A stretch of 64,000 nucleotides of DNA from NCBI GenBank assembly GCA_963818475.1, contig CAWFSF010000003.1:112731-176730 (forward strand), in the 5' to 3' direction. This DNA comes from Nitrospirota bacterium (GTDB taxonomy: Bacteria > Nitrospirota > UBA9217). A model generated the notes under the pieces. The model ran no database searches, had not been told where the DNA came from, and worked only from the letters and a program-made list of their open reading frames with translations. A program made the translations under genes and the position numbers. Shown here one piece after another: positions 45,027 to 54,840 of this stretch; within the stretch, counting starts at the first letter, position 1, and the number at the start of each line of letters is the position of its first letter.

Positions 45027-45245
45027 TTAATGCTTCTTCTCAAACAGAGTTATCTCTTTATAAAGATCGGCAACGCGTTTACCCTTTACGGCACCCTTCC
45101 TGATTTTTGCGTAATCTCCGTATCCGGTTTCAGACTGCATGATAAATCGCGTTGCATTGACCAGTCCGAGATTCTTTACCAATGCCTCCCAGCCTGCATC
45201 TCTCAACGCATAGCCACTTAGGTTTTTCTGATGTGTTTTAAGCAT
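45027..45245 (-). CDS. Small protein coupled to the upstream PIN gene (possible cognate partner)
   Basis: 72 aa, overlapping the PIN ORF stop by 8 nt. I recognise no family. Confidence 0.35.
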   Translation of the reverse strand: MLKTHQKNLSGYALRDAGWEALVKNLGLVNATRFIMQSETGYGDYAKIRKGAVKGKRVADLYKEITLFEKKH

Positions 45246-45700
45246 TCTTAAACACCTCCTCTACGAGAAATTCAAGGGGACTGCATACCGACAAGGAAAC
45301 CGCATTCCGCTCTTTCCTGGCTTTTCTAATGATATTATCGTCACAGGTGATGAAGTATTCCGCGCCGCCGGATTCAGCACAGGCAAGATGCATTGCATCG
45401 AGCGAGTCAAAACCGGACTCTTCTAATAAGGTTGCTCTCTTCTTGATCGTATCGCTCATTTTCACGGACCGCGACGCCAGAGCAACATAATGGGAAACCC
45501 GTTCTTTGCGCTCAGGAAAAGGTGACAGGCTGTTCTCATAAGCCAGCACTGATGAACTGATGATGCTGACCACCAGTCATCGTTTTTTCTAAAATAGACA
45601 GGAAGGCCTCCGCCTCAAGCCTGATTCTGGCCTGGCTTTGGTCGTCAAAAGGCCGGTTATACACGCTGGTATCCAGATATATTTTAATGCGTCGTCTCAT
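45238..45700 (-). CDS. PIN-domain protein, one frameshift near 45575
   Basis: The N-terminus MRRRIKIYLDTSVYNRPFDD (ATG 45700, below the track's size cut-off) joins ORF 45238..45573 (...FDSLDAMHLACAESGGAEYFITCDDNI). Confidence 0.6.
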
Positions 45701-45931
45701 ACTCAAATATCAATGGAATCAATCTGAACATAGAATATCATGATTCAGCACAGGATGACAAGCGACAAATGCACTCAATCTATCTATAAGAACCGCTGAC
45801 TCCTGACTCGTCCCCTGTTTTAAGAACGGCCATGAACAGTTTGTCCAATCACCTGAATTACCGCCTATAATTAGAAATCAAGTTATTACAAACTACCCCA
45901 AAAACTACCCCAAATTATGAACACTGGAAAA

Positions 45932-45967
45932 CAAAAAAAGAGCTAAGTCTTTTAATGACTTAGCTCT
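45932..45967 (-). terminator. Rho-independent terminator downstream of ssrA
   Basis: 11-bp stem agagctaagtc/gacttagctct with a 7-nt loop, followed on the minus strand by a run of T, about 70 nt after the tmRNA 3' end. Confidence 0.5.
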
Positions 45968-46036
45968 GATCTCCACCTGAGTTCGATGGAGACTTTCAGA
46001 AAATATCAAAATAACCATGTAAAATCAACTACTTAA

Positions 46037-46388
46037 TGGTGGAGGCGGCGGGAATTGAACCCGCGTCCGAAAACCTTTAGCCAGAAGCTCGTTACATGCT
46101 TGTCCCCTCATTTAAAGCTCTCGCCTCATCCAGCGCCTCAGGGAAAGCTTTGGATTCGGCCAGCCCGGTTTTTCTTATCTTCCCGCCCCGGACGAAGTCG
46201 GGAAGACCAGCCTGGTTTATAACGTCTCTGCGGCTGTTCAGGCGCCGGCCGCGAAACGCGCTACCTATTTAGGCTGCGAGTGCCAGTTCGTTATTGGCAG
46301 TTGATCTTTACCATGTGTTTAACGAGCCCCATGGTACCTCGGCATGCAACTCCTGACCTCCGTGTCCCCGTCGAAGCCTGTCGCCCCC
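46037..46388 (-). ncRNA. ssrA: tmRNA (SsrA)
   Basis: The 5' GGGGGCG pairs with the 3' CGCCUCC-ACCA, including the G3:U pair. The T-arm is GGGUUCAAUUCCCGC. The tag ORF at 46269..46298 encodes ANNELALAA*. Confidence 0.92.
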
Positions 46389-46501
46389 CTTTCGTAAAGC
46401 ATTGCGGATTTCGGATTGCGGAATGCGGATTGAACACCCGAACACCACAGCCACTGCGCAATGCGGATCTGCTATCCAGCATCTCCTATTTATATAGTAC
46501 G

Positions 46502-46813
46502 CTATTTACTCTCTTTATACAACAGGCTTTCCGCGTCAGCACTGCTCTTCCCGCTGATCCTCACGATCTTGTCGCGCGACGTGTGGCCCGAGACGATCTC
46601 GACCCGGGATTTGGCGACCGAGAACCGGTCCGCGAGGAATTTGACCAGGGCCTCGTTCGCCGCACCGTCCACGGGCGGCGCCGTGAGCCTGATCTTGAGG
46701 CTGCCGTCCTCGAGCCGGGTGGCCTCGTTCTTCGACGCGCGGGGCTGGATGCGCACCGAAAGGGTAACGCCCGGGGAGTCCTTATCCTTTGGCCGGCTCT
46801 TCGGTGGACGCAT
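46502..46813 (-). CDS. yggU: DUF167 (YggU) family protein
   Basis: 103 aa. SVRIQPRASKNE...LKIRLTAPPVDGAANEALVKFLA...VEIVSGHTSRDKIVRI. Confidence 0.75.
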   Translation of the reverse strand: MRPPKSRPKDKDSPGVTLSVRIQPRASKNEATRLEDGSLKIRLTAPPVDGAANEALVKFLADRFSVAKSRVEIVSGHTSRDKIVRISGKSSADAESLLYKESK

Positions 46814-47261
46814 TGCCGCCTTCCTCGTAGTTCACCATCTCCAGGTGCATCTGGATGATCTTCTTCAGGTCTTCCAGAAAATGATGCCGCATGCGCTTGA
46901 GGTTCTGGATCTCGGCATCGAGCTTCACCTTCTGTTCGTGCGCGCTTGCGACGATCTGCTGACTGCGGATCTCGGCGTCCTTGATGACGAGCGCTGCCTC
47001 GCGCCGGGCATTGTCCTTCTGGTCCTCCATGAGCTTCTGGGTCATGACCATGGTGTTCTTGACCGTTTCCTCTTTTTGGCGGACCTCGGACATCCGGTCG
47101 TCGTAGACCTGGCGGAACTCGCGCAGTTCGGCCACTTCGCGCATGAGCGCTTCCATCTCCTCGCGCACCTGGTCGAGGAACGTTTCGACCTCCTTTTGTT
47201 CGAACCCGCGGAAGGTCACATGGAACCGTTTCTGTTGAATATCGATCGGTGTAATGTTCAT
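46782..47261 (-). CDS. divIVA: DivIVA-domain protein
   Basis: The start MNITPIDIQQKRFHVTFRGFEQKEVETFLDQV (ATG 47261, RBS aggagg) is preferred. The longer track ORF (to 47507) adds an implausible N-terminus. Confidence 0.8.
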   Translation of the reverse strand: MNITPIDIQQKRFHVTFRGFEQKEVETFLDQVREEMEALMREVAELREFRQVYDDRMSEVRQKEETVKNTMVMTQKLMEDQKDNARREAALVIKDAEIRSQQIVASAHEQKVKLDAEIQNLKRMRHHFLEDLKKIIQMHLEMVNYEEGGNASTEEPAKG

Positions 47262-47275
47262 GATTGGCCTCCTGG

Positions 47276-47566
47276 TTATCTCAGACTGTGGCCGAGCTGT
47301 TTGAGGTTCGCAATGAGCGCGTAGTCGAGGAACAGGATGATCAGGATGGCGATCAGCGGCGAAAGGTCTATGCCTACCTTGTAGGGCGGCGCAAGTTTTC
47401 TGATCGGACGGAGCACCGGCTCGGTCAAGCGTGTCAGGGCCTGCACAATGGGGTTGTAGGGGTCGGGGTTGACCCATGAGATGAGCGCCCGGATGATGAT
47501 GATCCACTTGTAGATGTCAAGAACGACTTCCAGCACGCTGGCGATGCCGAGGATGATATTGCCCAT
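47276..47566 (-). CDS. yggT: YggT-family membrane protein
   Basis: 96 aa. IIIRALISWVNPDPYNPIVQALTRLTEPVLRPIR is the YggT signature. Confidence 0.8.
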   Translation of the reverse strand: MGNIILGIASVLEVVLDIYKWIIIIRALISWVNPDPYNPIVQALTRLTEPVLRPIRKLAPPYKVGIDLSPLIAILIILFLDYALIANLKQLGHSLR

Positions 47567-47587
47567 GTGTTCTCCTTCGTAGTTAAT

Positions 47588-47711
47588 TAATGCAAACGAA
47601 TTAAATATTGTTACATCCAGGAAAGTCCCCCCTCGCCCTACCCTCTCCCCGCTGGGGAGAGGACAAAGGTGAGGGGCAAATCAGTAACGAATCTAAATGC
47701 GTTTGTATTAG
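47588..47711. repeat. MITE-like element, copy 2 (inverted relative to 31994..32118)
   Basis: Same termini and same core (ccctaccctctccccgctggggagaggacaaaggtgagggg). Confidence 0.6.
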
Positions 47712-47746
47712 TTACGAATAAAATTTTACTCAAAACGGCTAGAATA

Positions 47747-48050
47747 TTTTGCCACGAAGGCACGAAGACACAAAGTACGGCCTTAATCCAATTATTAAAA
47801 CAGTAGCTTAAGCAAATTTCGTTTTTCTTCGTGACTTCGAGTCTTCGTGGCAAATTTTGGTTCCGGCTTGTCCGGGTTAGGTATAGATAAAAAGCTTGAA
47901 AAGGTTCTTTGACACTGAAGAAGCGGATTAACCTATGATAAAAGCGGATAAAGACCGAGTGTTTTTCTGTTGAGACGTAGCCTGCGGGTGAATCCCTCTT
48001 AGATAGATCCGCAGTTATCCGATTTTTATCCGTGTAAATCCGTGTCAAAG
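47747..48050. repeat. Composite intergenic hairpin repeats ('cacgaaggcacgaaga' family plus 'gcggataaa/atccgtgtcaaa' family)
   Basis: gccacgaaggcacgaagac...gtcttcgtggc (47751-47852), then gacactgaagaagcggattaacc...ataaaagcggataaagac ... gatccgcagttatccgatttttatccgtgtaaatccgtgtc (47910-48050). Confidence 0.5.
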
Positions 48051-48062
48051 GTCTTATTGAGC

Positions 48063-48954
48063 TTATCGTTTCTTCACGTCTTTTTTTGCAGCTTTTTTCA
48101 CGGCTTTTTTAACGCCACCCTTTGCCCTGGCAGCGCTCACGGTCTTCCCGCCGAGCTCCCTGCTCCTTCTGGTCGCCGCTTCCACTGCGTTCATCAGCAC
48201 TGCCCGGAGCTTCCCCTTCTCCAGCTCGTGCATGCCGGCGATGGTCGTGCCGCCGGGAGAGGTCACCATGTCCCTGAGTTTGGCAGGATGCTCTTTGGTG
48301 TCGAGCACCATCTTCGCCGAACCAAAGACCGTCTGAGCGGCAAGCTCCAGCGCCAAGCGGCCGGGGAATGCCGACCTTCACGCCTGCATCGGACAGGGCC
48401 TCGATGACCGTGAACACAAAGGCGGGACCGCTCCCGGAGAGCCCGGTCACCGCATCCATCAATTTTTCGTCAACAACGACCGCTCTGCCCACGGCACTGA
48501 AGATCTCCTGCGCCAGCGCCAGGTCCTCGTTCGTCGCGCTGCTTCCCTTTGCCAGGCCTGCTGCGCCGGAGAGCACCAGCGCGGGCGTGTTCGGCATCAC
48601 GCGGATGACCCGGGGGTTGGCCGTGAGCGCCTGTTCCAGGCGGCTGATCGTGATGCCTGCGGCAATGGAGATCACGAGCTTCGAGGAATCGGCAACACCC
48701 GCGATCTCCGCAAGCACGGCATCCATCACCTGGGGCTTCACGCAGAGCAGAACGATGTCCGCCCCCTGCACCGCCTCCTGGTTGCTCTTCACCAGGTTGA
48801 GGTTGTATTTTTTGAGATAGTCGAGCCGCGCCGGAGACGTATCGGTCACCACTATCTGACGGGACTTCGCGACATCTGCCGACAGCATCCCCTTGATGAG
48901 CGCCTCGGCCATGTTCCCGCCGCCGAGGAAAGCGATCTTTTTATCTATTGCCAT
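48063..48954 (-). CDS. proC: Pyrroline-5-carboxylate reductase, one frameshift near 48353
   Basis: [16 protein letters not shown] (NADP fold). The C-terminus ...[16 protein letters not shown]...SPGGTTIAG lies in overlapping ORF 48063..48356, followed by a Lys-rich tail. Confidence 0.85.
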
Positions 48955-48989
48955 GAACCCTCCGGATATACTAAGGAATCAAACCTTCT

Positions 48990-49165
48990 CAAAACGGCAA
49001 GAAATTTTCTCGCAAAGGCGCAAAGGACGCCAAGAAAATCTTAAGCCACGACTTGCTTTTTGTTTTTAAACCAGAAAAGATCTTGGTTCAAGGTTCCCTT
49101 TGCGCTCTTTGCGAGCTTTGCGAGAGACGCCTTTTTGTTCCAGCTTGTCCGGGTTAGGGTGCAAT
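48990..49165. repeat. Intergenic hairpin repeat ('cgcaaaggcgcaaagg' variant)
   Basis: ctcgcaaaggcgcaaaggacgcc ... ccctttgcgctctttgcgagctttgcgag, ending with ttccagcttgtccgggttagg, which is also present at 47861-47882. Confidence 0.45.
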
Positions 49166-49177
49166 CCGCAATCAGAA

Positions 49178-49877
49178 CTACCTCTCCCCGAATATCGCCG
49201 TTCCCACCCTGACCAGGGTCGCGCCTTCTTCTATGGCAACCTCGAAATCTCCGCTCATGCCCATGGAAAGCTCTGCCATCGAAACACCGGGAATGTTCTC
49301 TTTATCTATACTAGACGAAAGTTCTCTCAGTTTTTTGAAATAAGGCCGCGAGTCCTCAGGCTTGTCCGAATAGGGCGGCATGGTCATGAGCCCTTTGATC
49401 CTGATGTTCCTGAGCAAAGCTGCCCGCCTCACAAGATCTACCGCCTCGTCAATATCCACCCCTGCCTTGGCTGCCTCGCCCGCAATGCTCACCTCGATCA
49501 GCACGTCCTGGATTTTCCCGATCTTTGCCGCCTGCTTGTCGAGCTCGGCTGCAAGCTCCAGGTTGTCGACGGAGTGGATGAGGTCGAAAAGCTTTACCGC
49601 ATATTTCGCCTTGTTCGTCTGGAGATGGCCGATCAGATGCCAGCTGAGCACCCGGGCCGAGCTGCTCGATCTTCTCTTTCGCTTCCTGCACCCGGTTCTC
49701 GCCGAGGACCGCTGCGCCGGAAGTCAGTGCTTCGCGGATTTTCTCGATGCCGACGGTCTTGGTAACGGTGACGAGCGTGACCGATGCGGCGTCCCTGCCC
49801 GCCCGCTTCGCTGCTGCGGCGATCCTGTTCATCACTATCTTGAAGTTGTCCGCAATAGGCATAATGCAGTTTGCCAC
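49178..49877 (-). CDS. yggS: YggS-family PLP-binding protein, one frameshift near 49640
   Basis: ORF 49449..49877 (VTLVTVTKTVGIEKIREA...LGENRVQEA) joins ORF 49178..49651 (WHLIGHLQTNKAKY...LSMGMSGDFEVAIEEGATLVRVGTAIFG). Confidence 0.8.
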
Positions 49878-49955
49878 GAAGACACGAAGGCACGAAGAAG
49901 TCCCAACTGATCTTATTTAAATATTTTCTTCGTGTCTTAGTGCCTTCGTGGCGAA
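49869..49955. repeat. Intergenic hairpin repeat ('cacgaaggcacgaaga' family)
   Basis: gccacgaagacacgaaggcacgaagaag ... cttcgtgtcttagtgccttcgtggc. Confidence 0.5.
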
Positions 49956-49961
49956 AGTGTT

Positions 49962-50709
49962 CTCAAGGTTTTATCATCACCGCCGACAGCATCCTGCCGG
50001 TCCGGCCCTCGGCACGGAACGAATAGAACAGGTCTTTTCTGCAGCACGTGCAGATCCCGAGCGAATGAACGTTCTTTTCAGCCAGTCCGCTCTGCATCAG
50101 CTCCATGCCGGTTCAGCTTCACCAGGTCCAGCCCCCACTTGTCGTTGCCGCGGGAAACAGCGACCTCGTTCCAGAACAGGAAGTTCTGCCGCACCGGCCC
50201 CATCACCGGCTCGTCGACTTCGTAGCATTCCGGCCCGATCGCCGGACCGATGGCAGCGATCATGCGGGAAGGGTCGGAGCCGAACTCGTCCTGCATCCTG
50301 TGTATTGCCTTTTGCACGATCTTCTGCACCGTGCTGCGCCAGCCCGCGTGTACTGCCCCGATGGCAGGCGTGATCGGATCAATGAGCAGGACCGGAACGC
50401 AGTCGGCGGTCTCTATGCCGATGGCGATCCCGCGCGCGTTCGTGATCAGGCCGTCGGCCTGCGACTGAGCGCATGCTCCGAATAATTCTGTTCATCGACC
50501 GTAACGATGGCCTCGCCGTGCACCTGGTTCACCGTAACCAGCCGGTCGGGCGCGATGCCGAAGGCCGCTGCCACGGCATTCCAGTCGTCAGGAGACTTGA
50601 TGCCGTTGTTCCTTGCGCCAAGACCGCCCTGCCGCGTGGTGAAAGCATGCTGGATGCCGTCGATGTTGTTAAGCGCGGGAATGGTTATAGAGCTGGTCGT
50701 ATACTTCAT
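49962..50709 (-). CDS. pgeF: Peptidoglycan editing factor PgeF (YfiH/laccase-domain), at least 2 frameshifts
   Basis: ORF 50446..50709 (IQHAFTTRQGG...VNQVHG), ORF 50078..50329 and a third frame ending ...LGICTCCRKDLFYSFRAEGRTGRMLSAVMIKP* at 49962. Confidence 0.7.
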
Positions 50710-50895
50710 GTGACTCTGATTTGCAATGAAATTCCGTAACTATTCCAAGCATGAATCGGTCAAATAACCTTTCCACAGATCGTGCGAATTTACTTATGAT
50801 AAGATCGTGTTTAAGGTCCTGTCCATTTCCGCGAGAATTCGCTTTTTATTCGACGTGATCCGTGTAAAAAACTCTCAGTGTCTTCGGTGCTTGTC

Positions 50896-52625
50896 CTACT
50901 CACACACCCCGCAGGTCTTGCACGAACCGACCCTGCAGACCGGCGTGAATTTGCCTTCCAGCGCCCGCTCGCGTTCGTTCATAAGATAATCTTTCCGAAC
51001 TCCGATGTCAATAAAATCCCATGGCAGGGCCTCGTTAAAGGCGCGCTGCCGCGTAACGTAGAAGTCCATGTCCATGCCGAGCTCTTTGGCCGCCTGCTTC
51101 CAGTCCCCCTGCTTCTCGTGAGCAAGCCGGATCAGTCTGCCGATCCGCCGGTCGCCGCGCGAAAGCAAGCGCCTGGACATATTCCCACTTCGGGAGGTCA
51201 TGGATCATGTTCATGTTCCCGATCGTGCGCACTGCTTTTTCGAGCAGCCGCTGTTTTTTCTTCAGGCTTTCGACGGCCTCCATGGGGTCCCACTGGAAGG
51301 GAGTGCAGGGTTTCGGCACAAAGGAGTTCACCGAGAGCGTGATCCTGCCGATCCTGCCTGCGGGGCGCGCATGCTTAAGCTGGACGTCGCGGACCTTCAG
51401 CGCAAGCGTGATGATCTCGTCCACGTCTTCCTGCGTTTCCGTCGGCAGGCCCAGGATGAAATAAAGCTTGAGGTTCGGGATGCCGCTGCCGAAGACCAGG
51501 TCTGCTGCGCGCAGGATATCGTCCTCGGTCACGCCCTTGTTGATCACCTTCCTGAGCCGCTCGGACCCAGCTTCCGGCGCGATCGCAATGGTCTTGTGCC
51601 CGCTCGCCGCCAGGCGGTCGATGAGCGCCTGGCTCACCGAATCCGCGCGGAGCGACGAGACCGACAGGCCGCCTTCGATGGCGGAGCAGAGCTCGCCGAT
51701 GGCGGGATAGTCCGACAGCGCTGCCCCGACGAGCCCGATCTTGCCGCACTGCTCAGCAGCCTTTGCAGCCTGTTGCTTCGCTTCGTCGATACCGAGGTTC
51801 CGCGGCGGAAGATAGATATACCCGGCCATGCAGAACCGGCAGTGCCTGCCGCAGCCGCGCGTGATCTCCGAAAGGTACATGTCGCTGAACTCGGTGTTCG
51901 GCGTGAGGATGACCGTTGCAGCCGGCGCCCGGTTAAAATCCTGAGGCCCTGCGTTTGACGATCGTCTCCGGCGCGGACGGCTCGAGCAGCGTCCGTTCTT
52001 TGATGGTGTTGTCGTCCTGATAGACCACATCGTAGAATTCCGGGACATAGACCCCGGGGATCCGGCACAAGGCCCGAAGCAGGTCGAGGCGGCCGCGCTC
52101 CCTGTTCTCTTTATAGACCTGCACGAACTCGCCGGCTACCTCTTCGCCCTCGCCCACGATCACGACGTCAAAGAAATCCGCGAGCGGTTCGGGATTGAAA
52201 AAGGAGCAGATGCCGCCGAGGATCACGAGCGGATCGTCTTCTGTTCGTTCCCTTTTGTCCGGCGGAATGCCGGAGAGCCGCAGCATTTCCAGGATATTGA
52301 GATAGTCCTGTTCAAAGGAGACGGAGAAGGCGAGGACGTCGAACTCCCGGACCGGCCGCTTGCTCTCCAGGCTGTACAGCCGGGTGTTGCTCTTGGCGTA
52401 CTCTTCGATATCTTCTTCATCGGGAAGGAACACGCGTTCGCATGCCGTGTCAGCGCGGCGGTTCAGGATGGAATAGATCTGGTGCATGCCGAGGTTCGAC
52501 ATGCCCACGTGGTAGGTGTTCGGATAGGCAAGCGCGATCGCCACGCCGGCGTCGCGCGCCTTGTAGATGGTCCCGCGCTCGGCTGCAAGCAGGGCGTCGG
52601 TTTTATCGAAGAGCTTTCGTGACAT
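50896..52625 (-). CDS. B12-binding-domain radical SAM protein, 2 frameshifts
   Basis: ORFs 51933..52625 (N-terminal B12-like domain), 51035..52048 (SEITRGCGRHCRFCMAGYIY = CxxxCxxC) and 50896..51201 (C-terminus ...GSCKTCGVCE*) are colinear. Confidence 0.75.
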
Positions 52626-52680
52626 GCGGGGATTATACTATGGTTGCGGGGATTGGGCAAAGAATTTCAGACGAAAACGG

Positions 52681-52826
52681 CGTTTTGGACGCGGATTTAC
52701 GCGGATTTTCGCGGATAAAAACGGCTAAAGATATTTCAGCCACGAAGGCACGAGACATCTGAAGAACATCTTTAACTTACCTGTAAAAAGATCCGCTTTC
52801 AGCAGTTCTTCGTGCCTCGTGCCAAA
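52681..52826. repeat. Composite intergenic repeat (both families)
   Basis: ggacgcggatttacgcggattttcgcggataaaaacggctaaagatatttcagccacgaaggcacgag ... cttcgtgcctcgtgcc. Confidence 0.5.
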
Positions 52827-52852
52827 GGACGTTTCAGACTGGCGTCGATTCA

Positions 52853-53761
52853 TCACGGCGGGCACTTGGCGCAGACCGAGGTGAAGAGCGCTGTGCTGAG
52901 GTAGCGGTCGCCGCGGTCGGGCAGGACCACCACGATGGTGCCGCGGTCGAGCCGGCTCGCCATGGTGAGGGCGCCGTACACGGCAGCGCCGCTGCTCATG
53001 CCCGCGAAGATGCCTTCCTCCAGCGCAAGGCGCCGGGTGGTCGTGAACGCGTTGTCGTCATTCACGCTGACGATCTCGTCGGGGAAGGCGGGGTCGTAGA
53101 TCTTCGGAACAATGGACTCCTGCATGTTCTTGAGCCCCTGCACCTTGTGGCCCAGAAGCGGCTCGACGCCCACCACCCGGATGCCGCTCCGAAACTCCTT
53201 CAGCCGCTTGCCCACGCCCATGAGCGTGCCGGTCGTGCCCATGCCGGCAACGAAGACGTCGATGGCGCCGTTCGTCTGGTCGATGATCTCGCGCCCCGTG
53301 GTCTCGTAGTGCGCCCTGATGTTGGCGGGATTGTCGAACTGGTTCGGCATGAAGTAGCGGCCCGGCCGCTCCTCCACCAAGGCCCGGGCGCGCTTGATCG
53401 CGCCGTCGGTGGCCTCGCACCCCGGGCTCAGGATCAGCTCGGCGCCGAAGGCCTCGAGGATCTTCCGCCGCTCCTGGCTGACGCACTCGGGCATGACCAG
53501 GACCACCTTGTATCCCAGGGCCGCGCCGACCATGGCAAGACCGATGCCGGTGTTGCCCGACGTGGCCTCCAGGATGGTGTCGCCCTTTTTGATATGCCCC
53601 GCTTGCTCGGCATCCCGGATCATTGCCAGCGCGATGCGGTCCTTGACCGAACCGCCGGGATTATTGCCTTCCAGCTTGGCAAAGACCGTTACCGCTTTAT
53701 TCGTGTTCAGCTTTTCCAGTTTCACGAGCGGGGTGTTGCCGATGCAGTCAAGAACTCCCAT
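52853..53761 (-). CDS. Cysteine synthase (CysK/CysM family, PLP-dependent)
   Basis: The start MGVLDCIGNTPLVKL (ATG 53761, RBS aaggaagg) is preferred over 53938. NPGGSVKDR carries the PLP Lys, and TSGNTG is present. Confidence 0.85.
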   Translation of the reverse strand: MGVLDCIGNTPLVKLEKLNTNKAVTVFAKLEGNNPGGSVKDRIALAMIRDAEQAGHIKKGDTILEATSGNTGIGLAMVGAALGYKVVLVMPECVSQERRKILEAFGAELILSPGCEATDGAIKRARALVEERPGRYFMPNQFDNPANIRAHYETTGREIIDQTNGAIDVFVAGMGTTGTLMGVGKRLKEFRSGIRVVGVEPLLGHKVQGLKNMQESIVPKIYDPAFPDEIVSVNDDNAFTTTRRLALEEGIFAGMSSGAAVYGALTMASRLDRGTIVVVLPDRGDRYLSTALFTSVCAKCPP

Positions 53762-53961
53762 AGCCTTCCTTTGTGGTCCTGCGAGATGCCGATGGCGGCG
53801 TGCTCCGGCGGGACAGTACGCGGAATGTGCGACCTGAACGATCGTAGGGAAATATACCAGTTTTGGAGGGAGGTGAAAAGCAATTTCTTGTATCGCAGGT
53901 TCAGCCCTGCTTTTAAACCTAAAAAAACATTGGAACACGGATAAACCTGAAAAAAGCCTTT

Positions 53962-54095
53962 GGACACGGAAGGAGCGGATTAACTCCGGATAAAAGCGGA
54001 TAAATCGATAATCACTGCATTTACCTAATGGGTGAACTACATATCAGGGAAAGATCCGCTGTTATCCGACCCTTATCCGATTTGATCCGTGTCAA
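53962..54095. repeat. Intergenic long-hairpin repeat ('gcggataaa/atccgtgtcaaa' family)
   Basis: gacacggaaggagcggattaactccggataaaagcggataaatc ... gatccgctgttatccgacccttatccgatttgatccgtgtc. It is homologous to 47910-48050. Confidence 0.5.
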
Positions 54096-54219
54096 AAGCC
54101 GTTTTTAGGATTAATTCTGAAAGCCTACCCACCATTTTGGTGATGTGACTTTAGTTCCTAAACTACCGATTTTTCCTTGTGATCTCTGCGTTCTCTGGCG
54201 GCTAACAACTCTTTTTAGG

Positions 54220-54702
54220 TTAACAGGTATTCGTGTTTTTTTCCCGCACTCGCGGCCTGCTTTTTTCTTTGACCGCGATCTTTTCCCATGGCGCAACCTC
54301 GCCCGGCACGACATGGAACAGCGGGTGGCACTCCGGTCCTGCAAGGTTCCTGAGGCCCCGGTACTTCTCCGGGTCCCGAGTCCGCAATTTTGACAGAAGA
54401 TGGGTGATCTCGCAGGCCAACTGTCCCTGCGTGACCGGCAGAGGCTTCCGGAGCCGGCCGCTGCCGATCTTCGTCCGGTCAAACGAGAATCCCCGCGACA
54501 GCGCCTCATCATGAACTGCACGGAGATAGGATGCGATGGCTGACTGCGGAGAGCGGACAGCCCGGAACCGTTCCAGCTGCGGATGATGGCGGTAGCCCCG
54601 GATCCCGCCCTGCAGCACCTTCTGCGCAAGAAGCGCTTCGCGCCAGAGCGCCACAAGACCGCGGGAATCGAGATAGCGGGGATGGAGGGACCAGAGCCTC
54701 AT
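54220..54702 (-). CDS. Pyrimidine-dimer DNA glycosylase / endonuclease V-like protein
   Basis: MRLWSLHPRYLDSRGLVALWREALLAQKVLQGGIRGYRHHPQLERF is the hallmark N-terminus of this family. ATG 54702 is preferred. Confidence 0.6.
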   Translation of the reverse strand: MRLWSLHPRYLDSRGLVALWREALLAQKVLQGGIRGYRHHPQLERFRAVRSPQSAIASYLRAVHDEALSRGFSFDRTKIGSGRLRKPLPVTQGQLACEITHLLSKLRTRDPEKYRGLRNLAGPECHPLFHVVPGEVAPWEKIAVKEKSRPRVREKNTNTC

Positions 54703-54840
54703 GGATGGGTTCCTGGATGACAACGACAGACAACGCTGAAAAGAACTTTGGCCGCAGATAACATCTGATAAACGCGATTAAGATAAGTAACGAAGTCTTT
54801 TGATACTCAAAAAAGATTCATCTTTGTTGTTCGGTTCTTT

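Noticed and set aside
45701-46036. Expected integrase or prophage module next to the tmRNA 3' end
   Set aside because: No ORF with integrase motifs exists anywhere in 32-46 kb. This interval holds only the ssrA terminator hairpin and AT-rich spacer.
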